From Microcystis aeruginosa NIES-2549 (GTDB lineage: Bacteria > Cyanobacteriota > Cyanobacteriia > Cyanobacteriales > Microcystaceae): a DNA stretch of 32,000 nt. The notes under the pieces were generated by a model. That model ran no database searches and was not told the origin of the DNA. It saw only the letters and a list, made by a program, of their open reading frames with translations. Below are positions 15,657 through 25,915 of this stretch, piece after piece; the stretch's first letter is position 1; each line of letters begins with the position of its first letter. Position numbers and translations under genes: made by a program. The stretch is taken from the NCBI RefSeq assembly GCF_000981785.2, contig NZ_CP011304.1, positions 3,570,001-3,602,000 on the forward strand, read 5' to 3'.

Positions 15657-17381
15657 TCAGACCCAAAATTTCCGATGAAACGCCTCGATCGCTTCCTCTA
15701 GGGTTGGATAAATACGTTCGGTCGAGATCGTCTCGGATAGGTCTCCTTTTTTTAATTGCTGATATAAATCTTGCTTCACCCGCGCCATGGCAAAAGTAAT
15801 ACCACGGCCGATTAATTCTCGATGTAATTCTTTCAACATATCGACCGCCGTAATATCGATATCTAGAATCGCTTCGGCATTGAGAACGAACCACTCGACG
15901 GGGACTTGCTCCGCTTCGATCGCCGCTATTGCCCGTTTGCGAAAATTCTCGGCGTTGGCGAAACAGAGGGGCGCATCGTAACGGTAGAGAACCAATCCGG
16001 GGATCGTCGTCGCGCCCTGCCAATCCTCGATGTCGTGCAGGCCCGCCAGATTCGGCACTTCCCCCAAAACCGCATCGTGTGGTCGCATCAGCCGCGTGAA
16101 CAGATCGACCACCGATAACCCCACGGCAACCCCTACCCCGACGAGGATATCGGTGGCCAGGACACCGAACATGGTGACGAGCGCCAATCGGAACTCACTG
16201 GTTTTGAAACAGCGCAGACGGTTGAACTCCGAGATCTCGATCAGACGGAGCGCGGCGTAAATCACGATCGCCCCTAGGGCCGCTTTCGGAAACAGGGATA
16301 GTAGGGGACGTAAGAACAGGAGTACCAAAATCACGATCAGAAAAGCCACCAGGGAAAACAGTTGCGATCGACTGCCCAGGGAATCGCCGATCGCCGTGCG
16401 ACTGCCGCTACTGCTGACGGGAAAGCCTTGCATGATGCCGTTACCGATATTCAGCGCTCCCAGGGCGAGTAATTCCTGATTGCCATCGATGCGATAGTCG
16501 TTTTTCGCCCCGAAGGCGCGTGCGGTCAAGACGTTATCAGAATAGCCGACGAGGGCGATACCGATGGCCGAGGAGAGTAAATAGACGAATTGCTGGGGAG
16601 AAAAGCCTCTCGGTACTTTCAAACTTGGTAAACCGGCGGGAATTTCCCCGATCACGGCGATGCCGCGCTCGTTCAGATGGAACAAATATACTGCCGATGT
16701 GGCCAGTAGAACCGCGAGTAAAGGACCGGGGGCATTGGGAAAGCGACGTTGTACCAATAGCAGAAAAATTAAAACACCGGCGGCAAGAATCAGCGTTGGT
16801 GGGTGAATCTCCGATAAATGTCGGGAAAATTCCCCGATCTGTCCGAAAAGTGATTCCGCTTTTAGTGACATCCCGCTAATTTTTCCCAACTGACCGACGA
16901 TCATGATCACCGCTACCCCGGCCATGTAGCCGACGAGGATCGGTTTGGAAAGGAGATCGGCGAGAAATCCCAACTGGGCGAAAGCGGCGAGGCAGCAGAC
17001 GCTCCCCACGAGTAGGGCCAATAGACTGCACAGACTGGCGTAGTTGCTACTATCCCCGGCGACTAGGGGCATGATAGCGGCGGCGGTCATTACTGCCGTT
17101 GTCGATTCCGGCCCGACGGAGAGTTGTGGTGAGGAACCGAGCAGCGCATAGATAAGCATGGGCGGTAGGATCGCCCATAATCCGGCGATCGGTTGTACTC
17201 CGGCCAGTTCCGCGTAGGCCAGACATTGGGGAACGAGATAGGCTGCGACGGTGATCCCCGCGATTATATCTCCCCGCAACCAGGCGGAGCGATAGGATCG
17301 CAGACGCTTTAACCCGGGTAGGGAAAACTGCTCGCTAGAAAAATTTAATCGAGTAACCATCGTCATATCTTCTCCTGTCAT
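15657..17381 (-). CDS. SulP-family anion permease with a C-terminal STAS domain
   Basis: 574 aa with about 11 TM segments. It has a typical SulP N-terminal block (GDIIAGITVAAYLVPQCLAYAELAGV) and a STAS-like tail (VLYRYDAPLCFANAENF...). Confidence 0.9.
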   Translation of the reverse strand: MTGEDMTMVTRLNFSSEQFSLPGLKRLRSYRSAWLRGDIIAGITVAAYLVPQCLAYAELAGVQPIAGLWAILPPMLIYALLGSSPQLSVGPESTTAVMTAAAIMPLVAGDSSNYASLCSLLALLVGSVCCLAAFAQLGFLADLLSKPILVGYMAGVAVIMIVGQLGKISGMSLKAESLFGQIGEFSRHLSEIHPPTLILAAGVLIFLLLVQRRFPNAPGPLLAVLLATSAVYLFHLNERGIAVIGEIPAGLPSLKVPRGFSPQQFVYLLSSAIGIALVGYSDNVLTARAFGAKNDYRIDGNQELLALGALNIGNGIMQGFPVSSSGSRTAIGDSLGSRSQLFSLVAFLIVILVLLFLRPLLSLFPKAALGAIVIYAALRLIEISEFNRLRCFKTSEFRLALVTMFGVLATDILVGVGVAVGLSVVDLFTRLMRPHDAVLGEVPNLAGLHDIEDWQGATTIPGLVLYRYDAPLCFANAENFRKRAIAAIEAEQVPVEWFVLNAEAILDIDITAVDMLKELHRELIGRGITFAMARVKQDLYQQLKKGDLSETISTERIYPTLEEAIEAFHRKFWV

Positions 17382-17659
17382 CGAAAAGGTCCCGAAAATA
17401 TCGCCACCGGCTCAACTGGCGGTAGTAATAATTTTTCGCTGGTTTAACCCGGTTTTTTCTAGTTTATTCTGCTTGCATCGGAACCGAGAAATTTACTCGC
17501 CCAGGTCTTAGTCATACCAAATTAAATTGTATTCAGTAAGGATCAAGGGAAATCCTGTCAGAGAAGCAACCCTCTGGAGGTGTTAACTTCTTAAACAATT
17601 CATCTACTTTGACTTCTAACGCGCTTAGGGTGATGGGAGCGTCAATTGATAAGTATTCT

Positions 17660-19624
17660 CTAATTTCTTAAGCCATAATTAAAACTCAATAACTTTAACC
17701 AGAGGCGGGGATTGTCTTTTTCTAGCCAGCTTTGGGAGTTTTTTAACCATTGGGGAAACCAGGAACCAAAAAACAGATTTTTGACTCCATCAAGGCTAAA
17801 ATCGAGATAGGAACCCAACCAACGAATTAAATCCTGACTGCCAGCCATTTCTGCTATCCATAACAGTAAAGCGGGGTTTTTTCTGGCCGCTTTAATTGCT
17901 AAACGGCTAAAGGTTAACCAATCGGTTTTATCTTTAATAAAGGTTTCGGAAACCTCCGGCGGTTCGTCGGCCAATAAACCGAAAAATGTGTTTAACATGG
18001 CGTTGATTCTTTGGGGTGGTAAGGTTTTTCCTGTGGGAACCATCATTCCTTTAGAAAATAACCAAGTTACCGCCACATTGCTTTGATAGGCCCGCACATT
18101 TTCTAGGTCTTTAGCTGTTAGTAAATTGTGTTTCAATGCCATATCCAAAAGATCGGTTAAGCGCTCTAAATTACGCACCAAAGAACCGAATCCAGTAAAG
18201 ATTAAGGGTGATTGCAGGGAGGCGGCATCACCGATGGCTAAAATGCGATCAAAGGAGACAATTCGATCTTTTTTTCCTGTGCTGAAATGCCCGGGTATAT
18301 AACCAAAGGTTGGTTTTTTCCAAGTTAATTTTTCTGGGTCACACTGTCGATATTCGGGCAGAATAGTAAAGAAATCTTCGTACATTTCCAACAGAGAACC
18401 GGGATTATCGGGATGGACTTGATGATAGTGAAATAGATAGAAGGTTAATTCCTTTCCTTCCCCCGGAAATAATTCCCAAATTAGTTGTCTGCCTTTAGAA
18501 ATATCGCCATGGGAATTTAAGACATCGCCATAGTGAGAATCCCACACCACCGGCTCGAATCCTTCTACTACTGCCCCCACCGTCGGACAGACACTATCAA
18601 AGGCACGCACTCCGTTTAATTGCCAAGCGATGGGAGAGGCGGAACCCATCGCATCAATCAATAAACGACCTTTTATCTGTTGAATTTCTCCACTGTGATT
18701 GAGGGTGACAGTAACACTATTAGCAGTAATATTAGCCTTGATAAATTCTGTTTGATCGAGAATTTTACCGCCATGATCCTGTAATTTTTTACCGCAGGAT
18801 TGCAGCAATTTATCGGAATTAATGGCGATATTTAAAACTGTGGGAGTATGGAGAATTTTTGCTTTCAGATGGGGGGGATTATTGCCATCAAAAAACTTAT
18901 TAAAGCCATCGAGGTATTCTTGGAAGATTAATTCCTCGAATTCTTCGGCAGTAAATAGGCCTAAATTAATTAAACTTTGAAACTCCGATCGAGAGATATT
19001 CCATTCCCGATTCATCCGTCCGAAAGGCAGTCTTTCTACTAAGAGGACTCGATAACCTAATTTGGCCATCTGTGCCGCATGAATTGCCCCCAAGGCACCA
19101 CCAATATAAATTAAGTCGTAGGCGATGGGATGATCATTTTCCTCACTGCTAGAGAAAATTACCGGCTGCGGTTGTTGGGGATTTTTGGCACTGTCGCGCC
19201 AACGTTTTTCCCACCAGTACAAACGTTCTAAATCCGCCTCCCCTTGGGGCATTTTGCGGAAGTAGTGAACCGTTAGGGGATAGTCCGCTTCTAAAGCTGT
19301 AAAAATTGACTGATTTTTTTGATCGATGTTTGGTATCGTGGTATACTGCGGCGGGAAACGCTTTTGTAAAGCTCGATCGAGCTGCCGAGTTAGGGATGTT
19401 TCTAGGTAATGCGATCGCTCACCCCAGCGGAAAACTTTTAAATAAGTAGTCCGTTGCAGCGTCCAGACAAAGATCGACAATTCGAGCGCCTCCGATAAGC
19501 GCAATCTCACCCCGTTAGGTGTATTTGTCTTGACACCGCTGGCCGGTTGCCAATCGGATTGTAACCATTGACAAACGGCGCTCGAGTCAGGAGTCGGAAT
19601 TTCTCTGTAAAGGATTTCTCTCAT
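17660..19624 (-). CDS. FAD-dependent oxidoreductase, CruA-type lycopene cyclase-like
   Basis: A Rossmann motif (YDLIYIGGALGAIHAAQMAKLGYRVLLVER) follows an N-terminal extension of about 170 aa. The 654-aa length and layout fit my recollection of cyanobacterial CruA. The specific assignment is unverified. Confidence 0.5.
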   Translation of the reverse strand: MREILYREIPTPDSSAVCQWLQSDWQPASGVKTNTPNGVRLRLSEALELSIFVWTLQRTTYLKVFRWGERSHYLETSLTRQLDRALQKRFPPQYTTIPNIDQKNQSIFTALEADYPLTVHYFRKMPQGEADLERLYWWEKRWRDSAKNPQQPQPVIFSSSEENDHPIAYDLIYIGGALGAIHAAQMAKLGYRVLLVERLPFGRMNREWNISRSEFQSLINLGLFTAEEFEELIFQEYLDGFNKFFDGNNPPHLKAKILHTPTVLNIAINSDKLLQSCGKKLQDHGGKILDQTEFIKANITANSVTVTLNHSGEIQQIKGRLLIDAMGSASPIAWQLNGVRAFDSVCPTVGAVVEGFEPVVWDSHYGDVLNSHGDISKGRQLIWELFPGEGKELTFYLFHYHQVHPDNPGSLLEMYEDFFTILPEYRQCDPEKLTWKKPTFGYIPGHFSTGKKDRIVSFDRILAIGDAASLQSPLIFTGFGSLVRNLERLTDLLDMALKHNLLTAKDLENVRAYQSNVAVTWLFSKGMMVPTGKTLPPQRINAMLNTFFGLLADEPPEVSETFIKDKTDWLTFSRLAIKAARKNPALLLWIAEMAGSQDLIRWLGSYLDFSLDGVKNLFFGSWFPQWLKNSQSWLEKDNPRLWLKLLSFNYGLRN

Positions 19625-19769
19625 CTTGATTTAGTTATTACACCCAAAAATATCCAAAAGTACCAGGTCAAAAATGGTCTGATTACGCTAGACTACACAA
19701 AAAGTTTTCTGAAAAAAGTTTAAAAAACTTTACATACCTAGATTAATACACAGCCTACCCCATCTGATT

Positions 19770-20012
19770 ATGAATTATCCCATCCCGACTACCCCCGAAG
19801 AAATTGCCGCCCTCCGACAGCGCCCCGTGGATGAGGAGATGATCGCTGCCGTGATTGCGGGAATCATTAGAATGGCCCGCGCTCAGGGTCAATCTCTCAA
19901 TGATCTTACTGAAGAAATTCTCGCAGAAGACCAGGTTTTAGATCAAGTGCAGCGACGTTGGTTAAGTCAGCTTTTGACTAATGCTTGGCAAAATTTAGCT
20001 GAATGGGTGTAA
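19770..20012 (+). CDS. Hypothetical 80-aa protein
   Basis: Clean ORF with protein-like composition. It sits 8 nt upstream of the next gene, so the two are probably co-transcribed. Confidence 0.55.
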   Translation: MNYPIPTTPEEIAALRQRPVDEEMIAAVIAGIIRMARAQGQSLNDLTEEILAEDQVLDQVQRRWLSQLLTNAWQNLAEWV

Positions 20013-20019
20013 TTGAGCG

Positions 20020-20835
20020 ATGGAATGGCTAACAATCACTCTCGCTAGTGTTTTGACCCTGTTAACTCCCGCAGGGGCAATTATCGATCGGGTTTTAGCC
20101 GATATCCTTCGCTCCCAAGTCCAAAAAGTGGAACAATTGGCCGTGAGGGTCGATAATACTCCCAATTATCAGGCTCTGCAAGGCAAAATCGATCGAGTTC
20201 GCATTTCTGCACGGGGAATTTATCCCCTTGCTGATGTTCGCATTGAGAAGATCGAGCTAGAAACTGAGCCAATTAGCCTCGATTTGCGGCGATTACAGCA
20301 AAAAAACGGCAATTTAGCCGCCTCACTGCGCCGACCGGCTGCGGGGGCGTTGCATCTTGTCCTCACGGAAACTAATGTTAATCAAGCTTTACAATCGGCA
20401 GCGGTCAAAGGGCCAATTCAGACCCTGATTAATAATCTGATTCCCTCTAGGGAAGAATTCGGTATCACAAAATATCAATTTAGTCAAGCAAATTTTAACT
20501 TTCTTAATAATAATCGCGTCGCTCTGAGGCTGCAGCTGGAGACCCAAAGGCTGGACGAACCAGCAGCCAGCCTCGATCTTAGCCTAGAAGTGGGATTTAA
20601 GCTAGTGCAGGGGCGAAAAATCGAGCTTATTGACCCCACAGCCACTCTTAATGGTCGTCGCCTCTCCTCGCGCCTTCTCAAGGGGTTTGCCGAGGGTATA
20701 TCCACCCAGTTAGATTTAAAAAACTTCGAGAAACAAGGAATTATCGCCCGCCTTCTCCAATTGCAGATCGACGATGATAAGCTGAGTATAGCCGCCTTTG
20801 GCAGAATTGAGCCTCGATCGGGGAACCCTAATTAA
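20020..20835 (+). CDS. DUF2993 (LmeA-like) family protein
   Basis: N-terminal TM segment, then a G.IDRVRISARGI....V.IEKIELETEPISLD pattern resembling DUF2993. Confidence 0.5.
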   Translation: MEWLTITLASVLTLLTPAGAIIDRVLADILRSQVQKVEQLAVRVDNTPNYQALQGKIDRVRISARGIYPLADVRIEKIELETEPISLDLRRLQQKNGNLAASLRRPAAGALHLVLTETNVNQALQSAAVKGPIQTLINNLIPSREEFGITKYQFSQANFNFLNNNRVALRLQLETQRLDEPAASLDLSLEVGFKLVQGRKIELIDPTATLNGRRLSSRLLKGFAEGISTQLDLKNFEKQGIIARLLQLQIDDDKLSIAAFGRIEPRSGNPN

Positions 20836-20863
20836 ATTTAACGGTCAGAAAACAGGAGATATT

Positions 20864-20898
20864 TCAGTAATCAGTAATCAGTAATCAGTAATCAGTGA
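20864..20898. repeat. Heptanucleotide tandem repeat (TCAGTAA) x4 plus one variant unit
   Basis: Read directly. It starts 29 nt after the stop of the 20020-20835 gene. Confidence 0.9.
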
Positions 20899-21050
20899 AA
20901 AGACACCAGGAAACTGCTATTTAATACTGCTCACTTAAAACTCACATCTGATAAGTACCTAAGCAAAATTAATTACACATTTCGATAAAGCTTTTGCATG
21001 AGTGCCTCTTGCCTATCTTAACTAGGAAATTTATTTTGCACGACTACTTA

Positions 21051-21106
21051 ACTGATAACTGATAACTGATAACTGATAACTGATAACTTAAAACTGATAA
21101 CTGAAT
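21051..21106. repeat. Heptanucleotide tandem repeat (ACTGATA) x5, short break, then 2 more units
   Basis: Read directly. It ends 1 nt before the ATG at 21108. The unit is the reverse complement of the 20864 array unit, apart from one base in seven. Confidence 0.9.
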
Positions 21107-21107
21107 T

Positions 21108-21788
21108 ATGCCTAGTTCTCGCTCTAGTGATAAAATCTCTTTGCCTTGGATAATTGGTATCGGCCTCGCTTTATTTACTGCTGGTGGGGCCACTGCTTGG
21201 TTTGCCGTCCATCACCTATCTTCCTCCCAGAAAACTAGCGAAAACCCGATTGAATCTCCCAGTCCAGTGCCGATAAGTAAATCGCCAATTGTTGAACCAG
21301 TTTCTCCGGGTCCAGTGAAGACAAGTCCGACAGCAACTCCTGCAGCTATTCCTGTTAGGGAAACTCGACAGGTTTATTGGTTAAAAGTGACCGATACGGG
21401 TAATCAATTAGTCAGCCAAAAAATTACCGTTCAAAAAGCCGATAGCCGCGACCGAGAGTTAACAGCAGTATTGAAGATTCTATTAGCCGGTCCAAGTAAT
21501 TCTAAGGATATGACTACTATTCCCCCCGGGACTAAATTACTTGATTTAAAAGTAGATAAAACGGGAATTAAGATTAATCTCTCGCGGGAGTTTGGCAATG
21601 ATGATGGTCCTGATATGTTAATCGGTCGTTTGGCACAAATCATCTATACTACTACTGCCGAGGATCCCAATGCCAAAGTCTGGATTCAAGTGGAAGGAAA
21701 ACCCCTAGAATTATTAGGAGAAGGCCACGGTCTTGAAGTTGCCCAACCGATGACTCGTAAGTTTTTTGAGGAGAATTATCAGTTGTAA
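21108..21788 (+). CDS. GerMN-domain protein with an N-terminal membrane anchor
   Basis: TM segment, Pro/Ser-rich linker, then a VYWLK....L......LLAGPS....TTIP.GTKLLDL.......INLS.EF pattern of GerMN domains. Confidence 0.7.
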   Translation: MPSSRSSDKISLPWIIGIGLALFTAGGATAWFAVHHLSSSQKTSENPIESPSPVPISKSPIVEPVSPGPVKTSPTATPAAIPVRETRQVYWLKVTDTGNQLVSQKITVQKADSRDRELTAVLKILLAGPSNSKDMTTIPPGTKLLDLKVDKTGIKINLSREFGNDDGPDMLIGRLAQIIYTTTAEDPNAKVWIQVEGKPLELLGEGHGLEVAQPMTRKFFEENYQL

Positions 21789-21832
21789 GTTGTCCGCGCA
21801 TTTCAATTGTTTGTTGAGATAGCGAATTGAGG

Positions 21833-22894
21833 TTAACTAGGGGGATTAGTGGGGGGATAGGGAAAAAAAATCGGATAGGGAATTTTAATTCCTTCTTGCT
21901 GATAGCGTCGGTGTAGGAGTTTAATAAATTCGTGTTTAATGGTGAGATGTTGAAAAAATTCCTCTTCTACCACCTTGAGATAAACTGTCAGCAGGATACT
22001 ATAGTAATCGAATTTACCATAACGGATCAAAGGTTGATAGTCACCGAGGTTAGGTTGCAATAACTGGGTGATTTCTTGTATAACTTCTCGCGTAATTTTT
22101 TCGACTTTTTCTAAGTCACTATCGTAACTAATGCCCACTTCCACGGGAACCAGTAGGGAGTGATCTGGTAAACTATAGTTACGGAAACTAGAAGAAATGA
22201 TCTGAGCATTGGGAATGACCAAAAGATTATTGGTAATTTCTTCGACTACTGTGCATCTTAAATCCACATCTCGCACATAACCAGCTTCTCCCGTTCTCAG
22301 TTCAATATAATCTCCCGGTCTAACTTTTTTAGAAGTAATAATATTAATCCCTGACATTAAATTAGCTAGGGTATTTTGGAGAGCTAAACCGAGGGAAACA
22401 CCCCCAATACCAAAGGCAGTAAGCAGCGGAGTTATCGAAATGCCAACCGAGCTTAAAATAAGCAAAAAACCGCAGCTAAAAATCAGAACTTTGGCGAGAA
22501 ATTCAAATAGGGAAGTTAGGGAAGAAATGCCATCATCTCCCGTGGTATAAACTCGTAATATTTCCACGGATAATTGAGCAATAGCCCAAGTAGCCGAAGC
22601 TAAAAAAGCCACTAGCAGAAATTTTTGGCTCAGGAGAATCAGGGAGGGAAAGAGGGGAAGATTGGGAAGGGAGAGGGCAATATTTAAACCCAAAAGTCCG
22701 AACCAAAGTATGCTTAATCCACGAAGGGAACGTAAAACCCCTTCCGAGAAACGCAGGTTTTTTTCTCTGGCAATCGATAAAAGTTGACTGACAACGCGCT
22801 GTTCTACGAGCCATCCCAACAGCAGGAAACTGAGGACGATGGTGATAGGTAGGATAATATAGGGCCAATCTTCCAGTCTGGTTAATAGGTTCAT
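21833..22894 (-). CDS. MscS-family mechanosensitive channel
   Basis: Has TM helices followed by GGVSLGLALQNTLANLMSGINII..K.VRPGDYIEL....G.V.DV.LR.T, the MscS pore-helix/beta-domain signature. Confidence 0.85.
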   Translation of the reverse strand: MNLLTRLEDWPYIILPITIVLSFLLLGWLVEQRVVSQLLSIAREKNLRFSEGVLRSLRGLSILWFGLLGLNIALSLPNLPLFPSLILLSQKFLLVAFLASATWAIAQLSVEILRVYTTGDDGISSLTSLFEFLAKVLIFSCGFLLILSSVGISITPLLTAFGIGGVSLGLALQNTLANLMSGINIITSKKVRPGDYIELRTGEAGYVRDVDLRCTVVEEITNNLLVIPNAQIISSSFRNYSLPDHSLLVPVEVGISYDSDLEKVEKITREVIQEITQLLQPNLGDYQPLIRYGKFDYYSILLTVYLKVVEEEFFQHLTIKHEFIKLLHRRYQQEGIKIPYPIFFPYPPTNPPS

Positions 22895-23078
22895 TGCTAG
22901 AGGGTTAGAAAAAGATGCACTTTTGTCTTATATTATTCTCCATTTGCCTATCTCTAGCAGCGGCGGTGGAATTTTGGGGCAAAAAGTTGCAAAATGTAAA
23001 GAGAAACTCATCTTTCCTTCGGCAGCTTGCGTGAATAGTCAGTTAGTTAAACCAAAATTCGGGCTTTATCGATTCTTA

Positions 23079-23405
23079 ATGGTTATAATCGTGGTTTTGT
23101 TCCTGATTAGCACCTTTTTAATCACCTTTCATCTGGCTAAGATGTCGGATCCCTACATTAAAGAGGTGTTATCCCGACAAGGCAATGTCAGTCGTGGTTA
23201 CGAAATCTTTCAGATTAACTGTGCTGCTTGTCACGGTCAGTTTGCTGATGGCATCGTCGGACCGAGTTTAGAGGACGTTTCCCGTCGCAAATCGAGAATT
23301 AGTCTGATTGAACAGGTAATTAGCGGTAAAACACCGCCAATGCCCAAATTTCAGCCCGATACTCAGGCTATGGCTGATTTATTGGTTTATTTAGAAAATC
23401 TTTGA
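23079..23405 (+). CDS. Membrane-anchored c-type cytochrome
   Basis: CAACHG heme-binding motif and a downstream PPMP Met ligand. ATG 23079 gives the TM anchor MVIIVVLFLISTFLI. The track ORF extends to TTG 22923. Confidence 0.75.
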   Translation: MVIIVVLFLISTFLITFHLAKMSDPYIKEVLSRQGNVSRGYEIFQINCAACHGQFADGIVGPSLEDVSRRKSRISLIEQVISGKTPPMPKFQPDTQAMADLLVYLENL

Positions 23406-23477
23406 GAAAAACTGACTCTTGGCCCACATTGATGGTAAGTTAAGACGCATTTTCAATGTCTATCCTTAGAATTGTTG

Positions 23478-23511
23478 CCGTTCGGTGGTTCGGTTGAGCT
23501 TCACCGTCGAA
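23478..23511 (+). repeat. Dispersed 34-nt GC-rich repeat (copy 2)
   Basis: CCGTTCGGTGGTTCGGTTGAGCTTCACCGTCGAA matches the reverse complement of 15549-15582. Confidence 0.7.
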
Positions 23512-23744
23512 ACCTCTTAACAAGAGTGCCTCATCTTAAACAGCAATTTAAATGCGCGGGCAGCTTCATTGTATTTTTGTCAACGAGGGCTACTGTCAGA
23601 TTACTGGATTGACTGCCATTAGGGCCATGGCTAGGGGATGGAGCTAGGTCTCTTTTCCCCTGAGCGACTGATAAATTTTACTTATATAGAAAAATTTTGC
23701 TTATATTTGGGTACGCTAGTAGAGACACTTAACGATAAATACTT

Positions 23745-25898
23745 ATGTCTTGGCATTCCCAAGTTGAACCGGCAATTATCCAAGGGGATTTCTGGCAAGT
23801 TAGCCAATTTTACGAAGAACTGATAGAAAGAGAACCCCTAGAAATTAGTCATTATTGGTATTTAGGATTAGCCTATCTTTTGGAAGCTAGGGAAGAAGAA
23901 GCACAAACTACATGGTTATTCGTCCTCAGTCAAGGGGATGAACAGGAAATGAATTCGTGGACAGTAGATTTAGTCAATATTTTGGATGGGGAAGCGCGAA
24001 GACAAGTTGAGGTAAAAAATTGGCAATTAAGCTGGGTAATTCGTCAGCATATCTACCAGATAAATCCAGATAACCTAGAAAATTTATTATATTTAGTCCT
24101 GTTAGAAATTAAGCTAGAATATTTTTATCCCCAAAAACTTAAAGATTGGCAAATAGTTGATTTAATTAATTCGGACAAGTTAGAAAATTTCGATATAAAT
24201 TTACTCTTACACACAATCTATAAACTTCTAGATTGGCCAGCGCAAGAAGTTCTGGATATTATCATAACCCTTTTAAAAATAGACTCACAACAATCGGCAA
24301 TATTGGAAATTATTGAACAACATATTGAAAAAATTTATTATACCGATAAAACTAATGCTGTTATTTTGACTCTTAGCTGTCTAGATATTATACCCGATCA
24401 CTTAGTACTTTTACATAAAATTCATCAATACTATATCGACACTGGTAACTTTGAGTTGGCCTTAGAAACGGCTAATAAAATCAAGAATTTATCCAATGAT
24501 AAAGCTGCAAAACTGTATGGTATTTATCTGCTGCTATATACGGAAATTTTAGCAGGTAATTGGTTAAATATTGACAATAAAACCCAAGAATATTATCAAG
24601 CAATTCAAAATAATTTAGAACGGGGTCAATGTCCCATGAGCAATCAAGCTGAGGTTATTTCTATCACTTCTCCCTTAGCTTATTTAAAAGATGACTTAGT
24701 AGGCAATCGCTGGTTAACTAATCAGTTAGCTAAACTATTTCAAGAGGCAGTTAGAAAAAGATTTAATCAAGTTACTATCGAGTCTCAGAAGCCTAAAGAT
24801 GTCAATAAAAAACTAAACATTGGCTATATTGCCCATACTTTACGCCGACATTCCGTCGGGTTTTTAAGTCGCTGGTTAATTCATTATCATCAACGAGATA
24901 ACTTTAATATTCATCTCTACCTAGTCAATCAAGTCGAGGACGATATTACGGAACAATGGTTTAAAAATAAGGTGGATAAGTATAATAATTTACCAGCAAA
25001 TCCCCAAATTATTGCTGAAAAAATTAATCAAGATAACATCGATATTTTAGTAGATTTAGATAGTATAACTAAGGATAACACCTGTCGAGTTATGGCACTT
25101 AAACCCGCACCAATTCAAATAACATGGTTAGGATTAGATGCCACAGGAATACCTGCTATTGATTACTTCCTTGTAGATAATCTAGTTCTAGAAAAAAATG
25201 CCCAAGAGTTTTATCAAGAGAAGCTTTGGCGCTTGCCTAACTGTTATCTTGCCGTGGATGGATTTGAAATCGGAATACCAACGCTAACCCGACAGGATTT
25301 AAACATACCAGCAGACGCAATTACTTATTTAACTTTGCAAGTGGGATTAAAAAGAAATCCTGCCACAATTCGCTTACAAATGCAGATTATTAAAGCAGTA
25401 CCCAACAGTTATTTACTAATCAAAGGTGCGGGGAGTGAAAAGCTTATCAACGATTTATTTATCAGCATTGCTAAAGAGGAAGGAATCGATGAAAATAGAT
25501 TGCGCTTTCTCTCAGGAGTTGCTAACGAAGAAATTCATCGCGCTAATCTCCAAATTGCCGATGTGGTACTCGATACCTATCCCTACAGTGGTGCAACCAC
25601 TACTCTAGAAACTCTTTGGATGGGTATTCCTGTAGTGACAAAAGTTGGTCAACAATGGTCATCGAGAAATAGTTATACTTTTATGACTCATGGGGGAATT
25701 AGTGAGGGTATTGCTTGGAGTGATGAGGAATATGTGCAGTGGGGAATTAAATTAGGTAAGGATGAACAATTGAGACGCAAAGTTATCGCTAAATTAGATG
25801 AATCTAGACAAACTTCACCGATTTGGAATGCACGTCAGTTTACTAAAGATGTGGAAAATGCCTATCGTCAAATGTGGCAAATCTATTGTGAAAGTTAA
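23745..25898 (+). CDS. TPR-like N-domain plus GT41 (SPINDLY/O-GlcNAc-transferase-like) glycosyltransferase, paralog 1
   Basis: The C-terminal half carries IGYIAHTLRRHSVG...IDILVDLDS....R....KPAPIQITWLGLDATGIPAIDYF..D...DTYPYSGATTTLETLWMGIPVVT, which are GT41 motifs. Confidence 0.85.
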   Translation: MSWHSQVEPAIIQGDFWQVSQFYEELIEREPLEISHYWYLGLAYLLEAREEEAQTTWLFVLSQGDEQEMNSWTVDLVNILDGEARRQVEVKNWQLSWVIRQHIYQINPDNLENLLYLVLLEIKLEYFYPQKLKDWQIVDLINSDKLENFDINLLLHTIYKLLDWPAQEVLDIIITLLKIDSQQSAILEIIEQHIEKIYYTDKTNAVILTLSCLDIIPDHLVLLHKIHQYYIDTGNFELALETANKIKNLSNDKAAKLYGIYLLLYTEILAGNWLNIDNKTQEYYQAIQNNLERGQCPMSNQAEVISITSPLAYLKDDLVGNRWLTNQLAKLFQEAVRKRFNQVTIESQKPKDVNKKLNIGYIAHTLRRHSVGFLSRWLIHYHQRDNFNIHLYLVNQVEDDITEQWFKNKVDKYNNLPANPQIIAEKINQDNIDILVDLDSITKDNTCRVMALKPAPIQITWLGLDATGIPAIDYFLVDNLVLEKNAQEFYQEKLWRLPNCYLAVDGFEIGIPTLTRQDLNIPADAITYLTLQVGLKRNPATIRLQMQIIKAVPNSYLLIKGAGSEKLINDLFISIAKEEGIDENRLRFLSGVANEEIHRANLQIADVVLDTYPYSGATTTLETLWMGIPVVTKVGQQWSSRNSYTFMTHGGISEGIAWSDEEYVQWGIKLGKDEQLRRKVIAKLDESRQTSPIWNARQFTKDVENAYRQMWQIYCES

Positions 25899-25915
25899 TC
25901 AGGGAGAATTAAATC

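Noticed and set aside
14283-16879. Multiple internal ORFs inside the DUF2252 and SulP genes (e.g. 14283-14708, 14408-14656, 15625-16023, 16520-16879)
   Set aside because: They are fully nested in long genes with clear family signatures. Their composition is off-frame, Arg/Pro-rich.
22923-23078. N-terminal 52-codon extension of the cytochrome c ORF from TTG 22923
   Set aside because: The extension has no signal or TM character, while ATG 23079 starts directly with a hydrophobic anchor. I kept it as an alternative only.
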